This document shows positions 37,755-50,500 of a stretch of DNA of 64,000 nucleotides, one piece after another. Within the stretch, counting starts at the first letter, position 1. Each line of letters starts with the position of its first letter. Below the pieces are notes generated by a model, which was not told where the DNA came from, searched no databases, and saw only the letters and a list, made by a program, of their open reading frames with translations. The stretch spans positions 14,002,373 through 14,066,372 of the forward strand of contig MU053881.1 of NCBI GenBank assembly GCA_013239625.1, read 5' to 3'. Source of the stretch: Lama guanicoe. Its lineage: Eukaryota. Both the position numbers and the translations under genes were made by a program.

Positions 37755-37812
37755 GTGTGCTCTACACTGGAATTTCACACAACATTGTAAAGTCATTATA
37801 AATCAATAAAAA
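37755..37812 (+). mobile_element. Extreme 3' end of a young lineage-specific L1
   Basis: gtgtgctctacactggaatttcacacaacattgtaaagtcattataaatcaataaaa is an L1 terminus with AATAAA. Confidence 0.75.
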
Positions 37813-37813
37813 G

Positions 37814-37861
37814 TTAATTAATTAGTTAATTAATTAATTAATTAATTAATTAATTAATTAA
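37814..37861. repeat. (TTAA)12 palindromic microsatellite, one variant unit
   Basis: Read directly; lies in the tail position of the preceding L1. Confidence 0.95.
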
Positions 37862-39577
37862 AGCTTGTCCACAACTAGTTAGTTCCCAACTAGTTTGTTT
37901 TCCCAGCGCCAGTAAAGTCCCGGTCACAGGTCATGTACTCAGTGAATAGTTGTTCATTGGAGAAACCACCGAGTCTCTGTTCTGTGCAAGGCCAGTTGCT
38001 GGTACCTGGGGGCGCACAGAGTGTGTGTAGTAAAATTCATGCCTTCCAAGAACTTTGGCTGGGGGTAAATTCAGAGATAGACACAAATAATTCTAAGATA
38101 GGATGCGTTAAGTTTGAGCAGAGAGGGACTGAAAAGGGCTGCAGGAAAAACTCAGAGCAAACCGTTTAGCAAAGCTGGCAGTCTCTGGAGAACAGAGGGA
38201 CCCAGGTGGGGACAGACTGTGAAAGTTGCTATCAGAGCAAAAGGGAGCTGGCATTGATGCAAAAAGTGAGAGTAATTCAGGCTGCACGTAGCCAGGGTAA
38301 CCCCCAGGGCATTTGGTGCGTCCGTGGACATGACTCTGTGGAGCCATATGGAATAGGTGTCTGAACCCAGCTGCTGCAGCAGGAAAGGCAGTCAAGGGGA
38401 AGATGCAGTGGATGATGCCTTTTGCAAACGCACCGGTGGATGATGGGTACCGGGGCCCTGCTTCCTGGGCCTCCAGGGGCTGAGAAGCCATATGTGTTTA
38501 ATGAGTTCTGACACACACTGGAGACTCAAGGGAACCTTTCGCTGCCCACCCTTGGGTGCCCCTGGCAGCTGGGGCAGGTTCTGCCTGGCAGTTTTCTTTA
38601 GATTCCTCCCTCCCTCCCCTGCAGTTCCCAAGCTCAGAAGGTTGTTTGTTTAAGCTCCAGATAGAATGAAACCCCGGTGCTCCTGGAGTAAATGGTTGTC
38701 AACTTTGACTACGAGAGACAGCTGGTTTAGAAAAGCTGCCTTTTCTGCCTTTTCTCCTGCTCCTTCTGGACTCCCTTCTGGTCCTGCAGCTGCAGGGGGG
38801 TGGTGCCCAGGTGAAGTGTTCACTCTTGAGAGTCTCACTTCCCATAAGAGTCTACAGCAGACAGCATGTCAGGGGACGGGCAATCACTGAACGTGCAGCA
38901 AATATGAAATGTCATTTCCTCTGCAATCTGCTGGTTCCAATCAAGTGTCCTTCTTGGGGAAGGAGATCATTCTGAAGGGCACGTGTAAACGTGAAGGAAG
39001 ACCACGCTGCCTCGGGGCCCCGAGGATGTGACAGCAGGCCTTGTGGCCTGAATATGGAATTCCTTTAGGAGGTACTGGTTTTGGAGGCTGAAAGAAATAA
39101 TACAATGAAACGTGCTTATCGCCCTGGTTGCACAGCCAGGTAGTGAACAACGAGTCACTGTTGGCTACTGTTACCACAGTGATGGCTGTTCCTGTTAATG
39201 TTGTCACGTGGCTTGTGGAAGTGGAAACCGCCACAGCACCTCGGGCAACGCCGGGCGTTCTGGACACGCTTGCTGGTGTACTGGCTGAGGGGACTGGGAG
39301 AGGGAGTGAGGGTGAAGAGGAGAGGAGATTCCACGTGGCTAAGGGTGGCTGGAGGCGAGAGGTCACAGAAAAGAGGGAGCTGCCGTGGGAAGTGGAATGT
39401 GGACCTTGAATACTTCAGGCATCTCTGTGGTGTGATGTGGGTGTGATGTCCTCCACGTCTCTCTTTCCTGGACTGTACATGGATCGTGAGAGTTTTTAAA
39501 GTGGGCGTGATGGGGGTTACCGGATGTGGTGAGCTGAGAGACTGGGTTCTGGGCTGCACCTATCCTACAGATTAAGA

Positions 39578-40025
39578 GATCGTTAATTTCCTGGGGCTGC
39601 CATAACAAATGACCACAAACTTGGTAGCTTGAAACAACAGAAATGGATTCCTCCATCATTCTGGAGGCCAGAAGGCCAAAATCTCACTTCCTCTAGCTGC
39701 AGGGAAGAATGCATTATCTGCCCCTTGCAGCTTCTGGTGGCTCCTGGCATTCCTTGACTTGTGTCCACATCACTCCATCCTCTGTCACTGTGGTCACATG
39801 GCCTCCTCCTCTGCCTCACACCTCCCTCTGCCTTTCTCTTAAGGATGCTTGTCATTGGATTTTGGGCCTATCTTCGTAACCCAGTATGATCTCCTCATCT
39901 CAGGATCCTTAAGTTAGTCACATCTACAGTGACCTTTTTCCAAACAAGGAAATGTTTGTAGGTTCCAGGAATTGTGAGGTGAATGTATCTTTGGAGTTGG
40001 GAGGGGCACTGTTCAGCCCACTGCA
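39578..40025 (-). mobile_element. MaLR LTR (MLT1C-like)
   Basis: ttaatttcctggggctgccataacaaatgaccacaaacttggtagcttgaaacaacagaaat...tgttcagcccactgca. Confidence 0.88.
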
Positions 40026-40459
40026 AGTATCCAGGAGCGGAGAGAGGGTAGCAGATTTACTGAAGATCTTGACACCACCAAACAAAGGAGCCCAATGCAG
40101 AAATCCAAGGAACAGAGATGGGAAATGACTAACCCAAGATAGTATGGTAGATATCAGAGTCAAGGCTCCTCTCTGCACCAGTCTTCAATGGTTTGACCCA
40201 AAGATATGAGTAATACACGTATTTCCCATGATATTTAAAAGACATTTTTGTCTAGGTAACTGGGAAACTTTAAGGAAGATTTTTTTTGCTGTTGAGATAA
40301 CCAATCTGAGACTTGGCTCAAATCTTTTCTTCAAATGAGGATAAAAAAGATGATTTATAGTAAGAAGAGGAATGGTATTGCCAATGCACCATGTCAGTGT
40401 TGCAAAAGGAGATGGTTTCTGTGTAACATGGGTCTCCATCGTTACCATCAGTGAGAAAC

Positions 40460-41140
40460 ACCCCTCTGTCCATGCATTTATTTGTTTATTCATTTAACAA
40501 ATTTGAGGTCCTACCCTGTTCAAGGCAGTGTGTTCAGGGCTGGTGAGAAAATACTGAACAAGATGAATGTGCTTCTTGTATTTATGAAACACAATGCAAT
40601 GGAGAAGAGACAAACAGCAATAATAATAAAACAAAGGGGTGCTGTTTTGAAATTTGAAAATTGAAATGAATGAAACAGACAGAGGGCTGTGAGAGTCTCT
40701 TGCTGATAATGCTATGTTAGGTAGAGAAATTAGAGAAGCTTTCTATGACATTTGGGTGAGATCTGGGGACACGCACCGTGCAAAGAGGCTAGGGAAGGCA
40801 TGCCATTCCAACACAGTGTCCCACAGGGACGGTGAGCATGGCATGTTCTTGGAAGGCACTTGTATTCAGAACTCAGAGCTGGATGGGATGGATCCCTTCT
40901 CCATCTATTCACCACACTTCAATGACTTCATTTCATCGTACTTTGAATTTTATCCACACCTTTTTCCTGGAGCTACAAAGTGGAAAGTGGCACCTGCCCA
41001 CCTCTGCAATCTCACACCACTCCCCTTCCCCATCCAGTTCATCAGATCCTTAGGAACAGGGATGTTGTCTGTTTTATTCACTGCTCTGTTCCCTGTGCTG
41101 AAGACTCTTCCTAGGATGTATGAACTCCTCAAAAACTCTC
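40460..41140. mobile_element. L2 fragments (minus then plus)
   Basis: tttattcatttaacaaatttgaggtcctaccctgttcaaggcagtgt (-); ccttaggaacagggatgttgtctgttttattcactgctctgttccc (+). Confidence 0.65.
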
Positions 41141-41899
41141 TGTTGTATTTCTATTATGACTTAAAAGAACAACATTTTGTCATCTGAAAAAAACCCTGTA
41201 ATTTTGAGTAGCACATGCTTCACGGTGCATGACTATTACTTTCATGCCACACTATCGCTGGGGACTGTGGATCTAGGGAGTGGGGATCCTGCTATTTAGG
41301 CTACTTAACTTGCCAGGCCTCCCTGATGATTAAATGCTATTCCATTGTGAAAGGGCCTTGAAAAGTATTAAACAACATGCAAACACAAGGCATTTTGTTC
41401 TTAATAGTCAGCTAGGAAATGAATGCTCAGCAAAATTGTCTAAATAGGCTCTTAAAGGGGTTTGGCAAAAAATGGGACTTGGTAAAGAAAGATTCAAATG
41501 GCAAGAAATACTTAGGCAGCAAAAGACAATTTTCTAAAATGATGGGTTAGAGAAGAATGAATCAGCAATGAATGTCAGTGCAGAGCATTATTTAGGAAGT
41601 CTGGACATGCTTCTGATTGGAGATCTTTTCAAGAGTGACTCCAGCAGAAATAATGAAGAGCTAGGCTGGAGCCTACCCGCTCAGCTCTCCTGGCTAACCT
41701 CAGTCAGAGCGCCGGGGCTCTCGCCTCCTACCCGCGGCCCTGCGCTGGTTTTAAGTCATGGCGTGTGTACATTCAGTTATGTGTTCCGTACTTGAGGTCT
41801 CATTATTTCAGTCTAGGTGACACCTTCCTAGAAAAAAGACAGGTGGAAAGGAAGGCAGACATCTGTCCACAGGCAGAGAGACTAGTTCCATCAATCATG

Positions 41900-42390
41900 T
41901 GAACGAGTTAAGACACAGATAAACTGCTGCCATGGAGACCACGTACAGCAGCTCAGAAGAGCAAGTGTGTGTGTCCCTTACAGTTTGTAAGTAAAAGAGC
42001 AGGCTGGGACGGGGAAGCAGCCCCGCAGTGTCTGTCCCAGGTCACGGGCTAGCCAGTTGGCTCCGCCCTCCTCAGCGTGTGGCTTCCATTTCTGGTTCCA
42101 AGGAAACTGCTGTGGTGTTTGCTAGCCAACAAGAACGGGGTAGAAGGAAGCGTCCTGGAAAGTAGATTCATCTTGATGGAGATGACCCAGAGTTGGCAGA
42201 TACCACTCCCATTCATATTCCACCGACCCTAACTTAGCCACATGGTCACACATCACCCCAGGGGAGACTCAGTGCTGAAACAGCTAGCTGGACAGCAGTG
42301 TGCACAGAGAACACCTAGGGCAAGACAGGGTGGCTGTTTCTGAAAGGAAAAGGGGACTATGGATCTTGGGGGAAAAACTCTGCTACGTCA
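41900..42390 (-). mobile_element. MaLR LTR (MLT1I/J-like)
   Basis: ctccgccctcctcagcgtgtggcttcc...accactcccattcatattcca...aacttagccacatggtcacac...atggatcttgggggaaaa. Confidence 0.6.
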
Positions 42391-42796
42391 CTCATATGTT
42401 GAGTTCATGCCATGTTTGAGACCTTCAGCTGTGAATAAGACAGTGGCCTGCGCTCCAGAAGGCAGGAGGCACTCTCTCTCACACACAGCAGTAACTCTCG
42501 CATGGAGTGTGACAAGGAGTAACTATAAGCCTAGTGTTATGAAAGCTTAAGGAAAGGCGGGGATCATTTCCCTCTCAGTGGAACTTAGAAAGATTTCTTA
42601 GAGGAGGTAAGACTTAATGGGCTCTTAAGATTGGAGAGGACCAGTGTAGATGGGAAATTAAAGTTAGGGAAAAGGACTGGGAGGAGGGACAGAAAGGCTT
42701 TTAGTCAGTGTGGGGGGAAGAGCTGGCGTCCCAGGAAGAGCCATTTTCATGGCTAGGGCCTTTAGAGAACCACCCACCCATCACCAAAAAAAAAAA

Positions 42797-43257
42797 GGCA
42801 GACGTTGATTCTCTCCCCAAATCCATCCTCTCCTGTTTTCTTAGCAATGACAATGCTAAACTTTCAGTTGAGCATATGGTCCACCTTACCCTTCTTCAGA
42901 GTGTGATCATGGGGCCAAGTTTTGGCCAATGATACATAAGTGGAAGCATTATATGCAGCTACTGAGAAGTGTTCTTAAATCGCTTTCCTTCACGTTTCCT
43001 CCATCCCGCTGCCTGGAACTCAGATGTGATGTCTAGAGCCCTGGTGGTCATGTCAGATCAGAGGAATGAGAGCCAAGGCTGCAAGTGGCAGAACAGAAAG
43101 TCGGAATCAGCTTGCTATCCTGATGACTCTGTAGAACCACCTTGGTCCTGGACTGCTCACCTCCAGACTTTAAAGCAAAAAAATAAGACTTTAGGTGTTT
43201 AAGCCACTGTTTTTCAGGGTTTTATGCCATGTTCAGCACCAAGTCCTAACTAGCACA
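42797..43257 (+). mobile_element. MaLR LTR (MLT1I/J-like)
   Basis: aagttttggccaatgatacataagtggaag...gctgcctggaactcagatgtgatg...ggactgctcacctccagact...tgtttaagccactg...cctaactagcaca. Confidence 0.8.
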
Positions 43258-43326
43258 GGCATCTTTGAAACCCCACCTGGCGCTATATTAAACTTAGCCA
43301 TGGATGGCAGTTAAACTGAAAGTCAG

Positions 43327-43939
43327 CTTATTAGCTTCCTATTAGCACCATAACACATTACCACAAGCTGAGAGGCTTAAACAGCAGAACTTTATTTGTT
43401 CATCTTGCAGTTCTGTAAGTCAGAAGTCTAACGTGGGTCTCCCTAGGCTCAATTCAATGTGTCAGCAGAGCTGTGCCCTTTCTGGAGACTCTAAGGAAAA
43501 AGCCATCTCCTTCTCATTCAGATTGTTGGCTGAATTTAGTTCTTGGCGATTGTAGGACTGAGAGCCCCCATTTCTTTGCTAGCCTTCAGCTAAGGACTAG
43601 TCCCAGCATTTAGAAGCTGCCTACATTTCTTGGCTTGTGGCCCCACCACCCATCTTCAAGGCAGCAACAGTAGATCAAGTCCCTCTCACACTTCACATTT
43701 CATCTACCTCTGCGTCCATCATCACATATCTCTGATCACCATCTTCCTTTTCTGGCTTCATGGACCCATGTGATTTCACTGGGCCGACCCAGATGACCCG
43801 GGATAACCTCTCTATCTTAAGGTCTGTAACCTTAATTCCATCTGCAAAGTCCCTCTCCCCATGTAATGTAACACATTCACACGTTCTAGGAATTAGGGCA
43901 TAGACGTCTTTGGGGGGGGCCCTTGTTCTGTCTGCCACA
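43327..43939 (-). mobile_element. MaLR LTR (MLT1D/E-like)
   Basis: tattagcttcctatt...cagttctgtaagtcagaagtc...aaccttaattccatctgcaaagtcc...ttctgtctgccaca; flanks gtcag/gtcaa. Confidence 0.85.
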
Positions 43940-44559
43940 GTCAAAGACTGTGAAGTTCCCTCAGCACACTCATGGTCTCCTGGTGACTTAAGGTCTTGTT
44001 CCAGCTGTCCTCCTCATTATTTGCCCTGCATGCTGGGGGTCCTTTATAACCTTGACACAGCCAGAAGTCCTGGCTTTCCTCTAATGCTCAGCAATAATGT
44101 AGTACCTTTGTCTGATCTCCAGAAAAACTGGGGGTGAGGCCTCAACTTCACAGAAACATCTGGTAGACATCTGCAGGGTCAAGTTACTGGCCAAACTTGA
44201 GGAACACTGGGAGTTTTCTCAGGGGAAAGACGGGTCTGTCTGTAACTTTCCTCAAAGCCAGGACCTGGAGGTGCCTGAGAAACTCTGGGAAAGGACTTCG
44301 CTCTGTTGAGTGGGTTTCAAAGAGTAAGTTCTGAACAGATTCAGGTCAGATTTGAGAAGAGGATTAAAAATGGATATGTCATTCTCAGGTCAGTGATTTA
44401 AGAAAAGAGAGGACAAGTGCCCCTCAGAATAAATGTGGAGATGGAGTACCACGTTCATCTAGGTGGAGCTGGAGAAAGGCCACCTGATTGGTAGCGTTCT
44501 CCTTAAAGACTCATTACGGCTTGATCTCTGTCCTTTGTGCACTTTGCTGAGTGGAGACA

Positions 44560-44980
44560 CTTCCATGTGAGGTCCGCTGGAACGTAGACCCCAAGTGGAC
44601 AAGGACCTTGTCTGTCTGTTTTCTTCAGTCCCAGCCCTCAGAGTACTGTTTTGCACAGAGCACTAACATAAATCTCCATGAATCAGTGAATTAATGAATT
44701 ACTGATCGATTGAGTGAGTAATTGGTGGGCACCCAAATCCTTCGTTAGTCATTTCCACCGTAGTGTGTTCTCATAGTTAAAAAGCTTATGCTCTGAAGTC
44801 ATACGTGGATCCACTTCCCACCTCTCCCATTTAACCCACCAGTCTCTTCCCTGGGAATTTGCCTGAATGTAATCAAGACTTAATACTTGGCTTTGTGAGG
44901 TTTCGTTGACATCATAGATTTAAAAAAAATGCTTAGCACAGTTCCCAAAAGTTAACGAACGTTGGCTCTTAATGTTAGTC
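44560..44980 (+). mobile_element. L2 3' end followed by a MIR
   Basis: ggacaaggaccttgtctgtctgttt...aatgaatt, then gtgaggtttcgttgac...tgcttagcacagttcc. Confidence 0.55.
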
Positions 44981-46040
44981 CAAGCCCTCTGCTTATGCCA
45001 AAGTGGTTACCCTTTGATCGTCAAACTTAATTTCCAGCCTACATGTCTTTACTTGTGTCAGTTATCCTGTCCCTCCAGCATTGTATGCACGTGTATGGGC
45101 GTATGTACACCTGCTTGCATATACACAGATATCACAGGAGACAAAATCAGTTGAAATGCTGCCTTATCCATGAAGCCAGCTATCATGGCTCTAGGCAAGA
45201 AGTCATCGCTTCACTTTAGAATTCTTGGATGATGATAAGTCACTTATGCACTTACATCAATACCTAGCACAGTGTCTGGCCTATAACACAGAAACCTTAA
45301 ACACTTTGGATGGACAACTGGATGGATGGAATATTAACCTACAGTCCCTGGCAGTTCCACAGGAAGTTATTTATCCTCAGACGCACTCGGGTCAGCCCGG
45401 TGCCTTACCTACTGTTAGGGCTCACTAACTGCTGGTTGGATGGGCATAAAAGGGAAGAAAAATCACAGGAAGCGACAATCAAAACCAATGCCGACCTGGA
45501 TTCTTTCTCCTTTCAGGGCATCCTGTTGAAAGGAGTTATTGAGAAGAGAAGCAGGGAGTTGACAGCCACTCTCTGGACTCTCTCCCAGGGCCTTTTTAGA
45601 ACAGGAAAGTTAATTATGGAACCAGATTAACAGTTTCTTTTTTGATACAGTCAAAGTAAAACCAGCAGGATGCAATTTAGCTCTTCCCCACTTTCCAAAT
45701 AGCAGCAAATTTTCATACAAAACAAAGAGGCACTTGAATTGCAAATTACTTAGAGAATCAGCTAGCAACCCCAACGGAAGAGTATTTCTGCTACTTTCAA
45801 AACCCGGCTGTTGCCTTTTCAGGATTAACCATGTAGTGGGACCTTCACAAAGGCTTGGGCGTCTTGCTGTTTCAACTCTGGGCCAAGTGGGAGGAGGTGA
45901 TCCATTAAGGTTTGCTGGAATGGTGCAGGGCAGTCTTTCCTGCTCAGAATATTTCTTTTCTCCAGATCACTTCTAACTCTTAGATCACCAGTTTCCACTC
46001 ACAGAATTGGGGCTGATGGGTCCCTAGAGGTCCTCTCATT

Positions 46041-46360
46041 CAAGGTGGCAAGAGCAAATGCCCATGAGGGCTGGCAGGGATGTAAACACATAGATCAGGT
46101 GGTGAGGGTGTGTGTGTGCCCTCTAGGAAGTAGATGGGGCCTGGGGTGAACTTGGAACTCCCATCTAAATCATGGTAATGCAGGAATGCTGGTCCACCGA
46201 TGACCACTGCTAGATGGTTCTGAGAAGTCTGTAATCTGCATAATGTGGATTCTTACATGAAATATCCTTCATTTTAGCTGTTGGTATATAATTAATAAAA
46301 GAAGAAAATGCCATCTGTTGGCTGGATATGGCTTGCAGGCCACCCGTTTAAAACTTCTGA
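46041..46360. mobile_element. hAT-Charlie element (MER102-like)
   Basis: caaatgcccatgagggctggcagg...tggattcttacatgaaatatcct...ctggatatggcttgcaggccacccgtttaaaacttctg. Confidence 0.55.
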
Positions 46361-47669
46361 TCTAGCTCAACTTGCTTTCTTGGTAACTGGGGAGACTGAA
46401 GGAGAGAGAAGGAAACCATGTATAAAAGGTCACAGAGTGACAAAGTCACCTCATCCAGTGCCTAGTTAATCACGCCGCACAGCCTCCCTCAAGGCTTTGT
46501 AGGACATGGGGCGGCTTCGTGGTACAAGAGTATTTCTGAAACCTTTTTTTCTGATTTAAATATATGATTCCTATTTTTGGCAGAGAATTTGGAAGATAAA
46601 GCAAGGTTAAGGAAGCATAAAATCACACAGTGGTGCTACTGGGATTTTATTTCTGGAGGGACTGGAGGCTGGGGTGGGAATCTGGCTGGAAACTGGCTGC
46701 TTCCAGACACAGCCACTGGAGGGCAAGGTGGCACCTCATTTGGGTTGGCCCCAGTAGGCGTAGGAAAGTTAAGACAGGAGTTGAAAGTGCATGTGCTCAT
46801 AGCAGCCAGGCAGGTGGCAGAAATGAGTAAACAAAGGCCAGATGGGCAATATGGTGAAGAAAAGAAATGTATTTACAGTACTCAGACATCACTTGGATTC
46901 AATCTGCGTCTCTGGGTGGGAATGCACAGTGTTGAGAGCCGTTTTGATTTTATTTCAGTGGAAGCACTAAAAAAATCTGAGTTTTATTTAAATTCTTCAA
47001 TGTTTAAATGTAGCTCAATTTAAAAAAAAAATGAATCAAAACACGAAGGAGCAGGATTTGGGTTGTGGGCGCCTGTGTGTGACCTCTGCCTAGTGACTCC
47101 CTGTGGGCGGACCGGTCATTGGACGGGTCCGTCAGCGGGGTGGAGGGTTTGTTTGTGATCAGTCCGGTCAGAGACGAGCAGACACGAGGCACAGAGATGA
47201 CGCGTCAGGACGACGAGACTGAGGCAGCAGAGATGATCGGTCAGTAGACTTAGGGCATCTGTCCTCTGGGGAGAGAGGGCTTCAAGCAGAGCCAGCCTGC
47301 AGCCTGGACAGATCCTTGAGGGAGACGGTCTTCTGTGCAAATCTAAGGTATCTGTCATGTCACTGTAGCGTGTGTGTGCATATGCGTAACAGTCTTTACT
47401 TTGCTAAAGTAACATAGATAATCTCCTTGGTAACCCAGTGGAAGACGCCTTCATTTTCTCTAAAGCAGAAATGTCTGAAGTCAGTCAAGATAGCAGTGGG
47501 TGTGTTGATTCCTTCCATTTTGCTGAAATGAATCACAGAACGAGGAGGCCGCAGCTTGGGATGGAAGGAGCCCTTGAACAGAGGCCTTGGACTTTCTCGC
47601 CTTACTTTTCTCTGAGCCTTTCATACTCTAAGATGAGAACTGTGATACTGCCCTTCCTCTCTGTTTTAG

Positions 47670-48150
47670 TGAAGATTCTTGATTGGACGAGAAAAAATCC
47701 CAACTGGCTTCAGCCAAAAAGGACTGTGTATTGGTTCACACAACTGGAAAGTTCCAACATTTCGATCATAGCTAGATGGCAGTGCCCAAGTACCATTAGG
47801 GCTGGGTACCTCTTGCTCAAAACTGTAGTCATGATTTCGCACCTTGGCTGCCCGCAGCTCCAGGTTTGTGTCCTCACCATCCTGAGTGCAGGAGAAAGCA
47901 AGCTTCTCCCCCCCTACATTTCAACGTGCATGGGCCTGAATCAGGTCCTGCGTCCATCCCTGGACCAGGCAATGTGGCAAAGGAGATGAAATGCACTGCG
48001 TGGCTGGGCCAATATGAATTTCACAGAGCAGCTAGGCACTTGGCTGGAGTCTACGGGAACAGGATGTGCGTCCCGAGGGTAGCAGATAAAGGAGCAGACC
48101 TGATTCTCTGGTAGGAATAAACCACTCCTGTTGAAGCAACTTCCTGGGAA
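47670..48150 (-). mobile_element. MaLR LTR (MLT1K-like)
   Basis: gattcttgattgg...aactggcttcagccaaaaagg...tattggttcacacaactggaaagt...ccctggaccagg. Confidence 0.55.
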
Positions 48151-48539
48151 AATGTCCAGCCTCATCCACAGGGTTGAAAGCTGGAGCCATCCAGATGGAG
48201 AGAAACAGGCAAAACTCTTGATGACTGCCTGATGCCAAAACGAGAGCATGCATTTTGTATTCGTTTTCTCTCCTGTGTCTCGCAGGCTTGCTTTGGTAGG
48301 AGGACCCAGCCTGGTGATACTTGTTTCAGTGAAAGCAAGAGTGTGAATAGTGAGTAGTTTCTCCTCTTATTTGTTTGTTACAGGATATGGACTCCTTTCT
48401 GGTGCCAAGATAAGCTTTACTAAACTACCATTTCTTCCTCCAAGCCATCTAAACAAATGTCAACTGACCTCATTCGTAAATCATATGCCAGGTATACGGC
48501 TTAATTTTTCTCTATTGAATGTGGCTTAATTTTTCTCTA

Positions 48540-48612
48540 GTGTGTGTGTGTATATATGTATACCATATGCATATATATATGTGTGTGTATATATATATAT
48601 ATATGTATATAT
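48540..48612. repeat. Compound (TG)n/(TA)n microsatellite
   Basis: Read directly. Confidence 0.9.
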
Positions 48613-48649
48613 TCCCCAGAGCAACATAGGAACTGTGAAGGTGCAGATC

Positions 48650-49170
48650 ACTTCAGACATATTCTTGGATGCAAGTAACAGAAAACACAGACTCAAGGTG
48701 GTTTAAATAATAAGAAAAAGGTTATTAGTGCTCATAACAATAAGTCCTAAGACGCAACAGGTCCGTAGTTGTTTAATCAAGTAGCTCAAAATTGTCACCA
48801 AGATCTCGGTTCTAACATCTTCAGTATCTTCAGTGGGCGCACTCTCTCTCACTCACGCTCTCCCTCTCTCTCCCACTCCCCCCTTTTTTTTTAAAAAAAT
48901 TAGCCTCTCTAGAAGTCCCCCAGACTCATATTTATTGGCCAGAACTGTCACATACGCTTGCTTAAATCAATCCCTGACAAAGGAGATGAGGTCACCATGA
49001 TTGATGTAGACCAATCGTTAGCCTCTTCCCAGGGCTCAGGGTGGGACCCACGTCCTCTGAAGTACATGGTCACAGAGAGCAAAGTGAATATCTGAACAAA
49101 ATCAAAGTCTTGTTAAAAAGGAGAAAGGAAGAAAGAATGATTATTGCAAAGGCTGTAAGGTGATACTGTG
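48650..49170 (-). mobile_element. MaLR LTR (MLT1K/L-like)
   Basis: tgcaagtaacagaaaacac...attggccagaactgtcacat...ccatgattgatgtagaccaatc...gaacaaaatcaaagtcttgtta. Confidence 0.7.
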
Positions 49171-50089
49171 CACACCTCAGTGGTGCTTCCTGCACGGTGA
49201 AAGCTTGTCTCGGTACCTAAGTCCTAAGGTGTCATGTACTCCATCAGCAAAGAAACAGCAGGCACCCAGCCTGGGCTAGTCTCCCCCGAGGTCAGGGATA
49301 AAACTGAAGAAATACTTAGAAATACTTTTAACTCTGGATATAAAAACCGAGGCATTATCATTATACCATATGCAGACTGTTTCTCCACTTTGCATAATTA
49401 TAAACTCCCCCTCAAAGAGTAAACATCGCTGCCAACTTAAAAAAAAAAAGAACTACAAAGCGGTATTAAATATGCATTGCTAATTTGACTTTTTAATTTG
49501 TCTGGGGTCTTCAGAGGTGAGCATAGCTCTACAGATACTGAGTGCTTAATAAAACCTTCCGCCTGTCTAAAAACAACTCAACAGAAAAAGAAAAGCTAAA
49601 ACCCAATTTTTTTTTACCTAAAGAATTTGAGTTGATGCCTGAAAATTACCAGTAGAGTTCATGCTATTAAACTGACTCTTAAATTCATTTTTCTGCACGT
49701 TGACTCCCGTCAGTCCAGTATAGGCAGTTGCTTTGAGCAGCCGCAGGAAGGTAACATTTCCTCAGATGTCTTCATTCGGTTTGGAGTCACCTGTGAGCTG
49801 TTTGCAGTTTAAGGTTTGAATATTTATAGGAAATGATTGAAGAGGTGCAGAAAGACTTTCTTGCCCCCCCTCCACCCTCTCTCTCTCTTATTGATCTGCC
49901 TGAAATATCCACACCAATCCCTGACTTGGGCCTTAAAGTTCGCAGATGCAATTCAAATGTGCTACCTGCCAAGATGGAATATGAAGCTATTTTTATACAC
50001 CTCGATTTAAGTTCATCCCTTAGCCCCACTGATGACTGAGCCACAGGATACCCAACGTGTTTATGCAGAGAAAATCTCTCCGGGACCTA

Positions 50090-50500
50090 TAGTAAAAATT
50101 ACATATATACATACATGTGTGTATTTATAGATAATGAAGATACATATTATATTTACACACATGTACACGTTACGTAAGTGAGTTTCTTTTATACAAGCTA
50201 TTCTATAACCTGCTTTTTTAAACTCAACAATACATTAGAGACATCTTTCCATTGCATTCTCTCTGTGTGTGTATACACGTCCTTTTTTTTTTAACCATTG
50301 ATTAATATTGCATCTCAGGAAGAAAGGTAAATTATTTACTGAACCCCCTATGAAAAGGTATCTGTCATTCCTAGTTAATAGTTAATAGTTGTACCATTTT
50401 AAACGATACCAACCATTCGTGTGCACAGAGCTCTTTCTCCACACACATGGGTATCTCTTTAGTCAAGTTCCCAGAGCGGGGACGGCTGGGTCAGTAAGAG
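50090..50500 (-). mobile_element. Ancient L1 3' fragment
   Basis: tattctataacctgcttttttaaactcaacaatacattagagacatctttccat. Confidence 0.6.

Larger units (their letters stand above)
37371..37965 (+). mobile_element. L2 3' fragment hosting a (TTTC)9 tract and a short L1 tail
   Basis: cacctggctggctc...gtcttggtttaaatgtcaccatctcaaagaaa; resumes at cccagcgccagtaaagtcccggtcacagg...tcagtgaatagttgtt. Confidence 0.65.

Noticed and set aside
47438..47989. Longest ORF in the window (183 aa)
   Set aside because: GTG start, and it runs through MIR and MLT1 remnants; a chance open frame.
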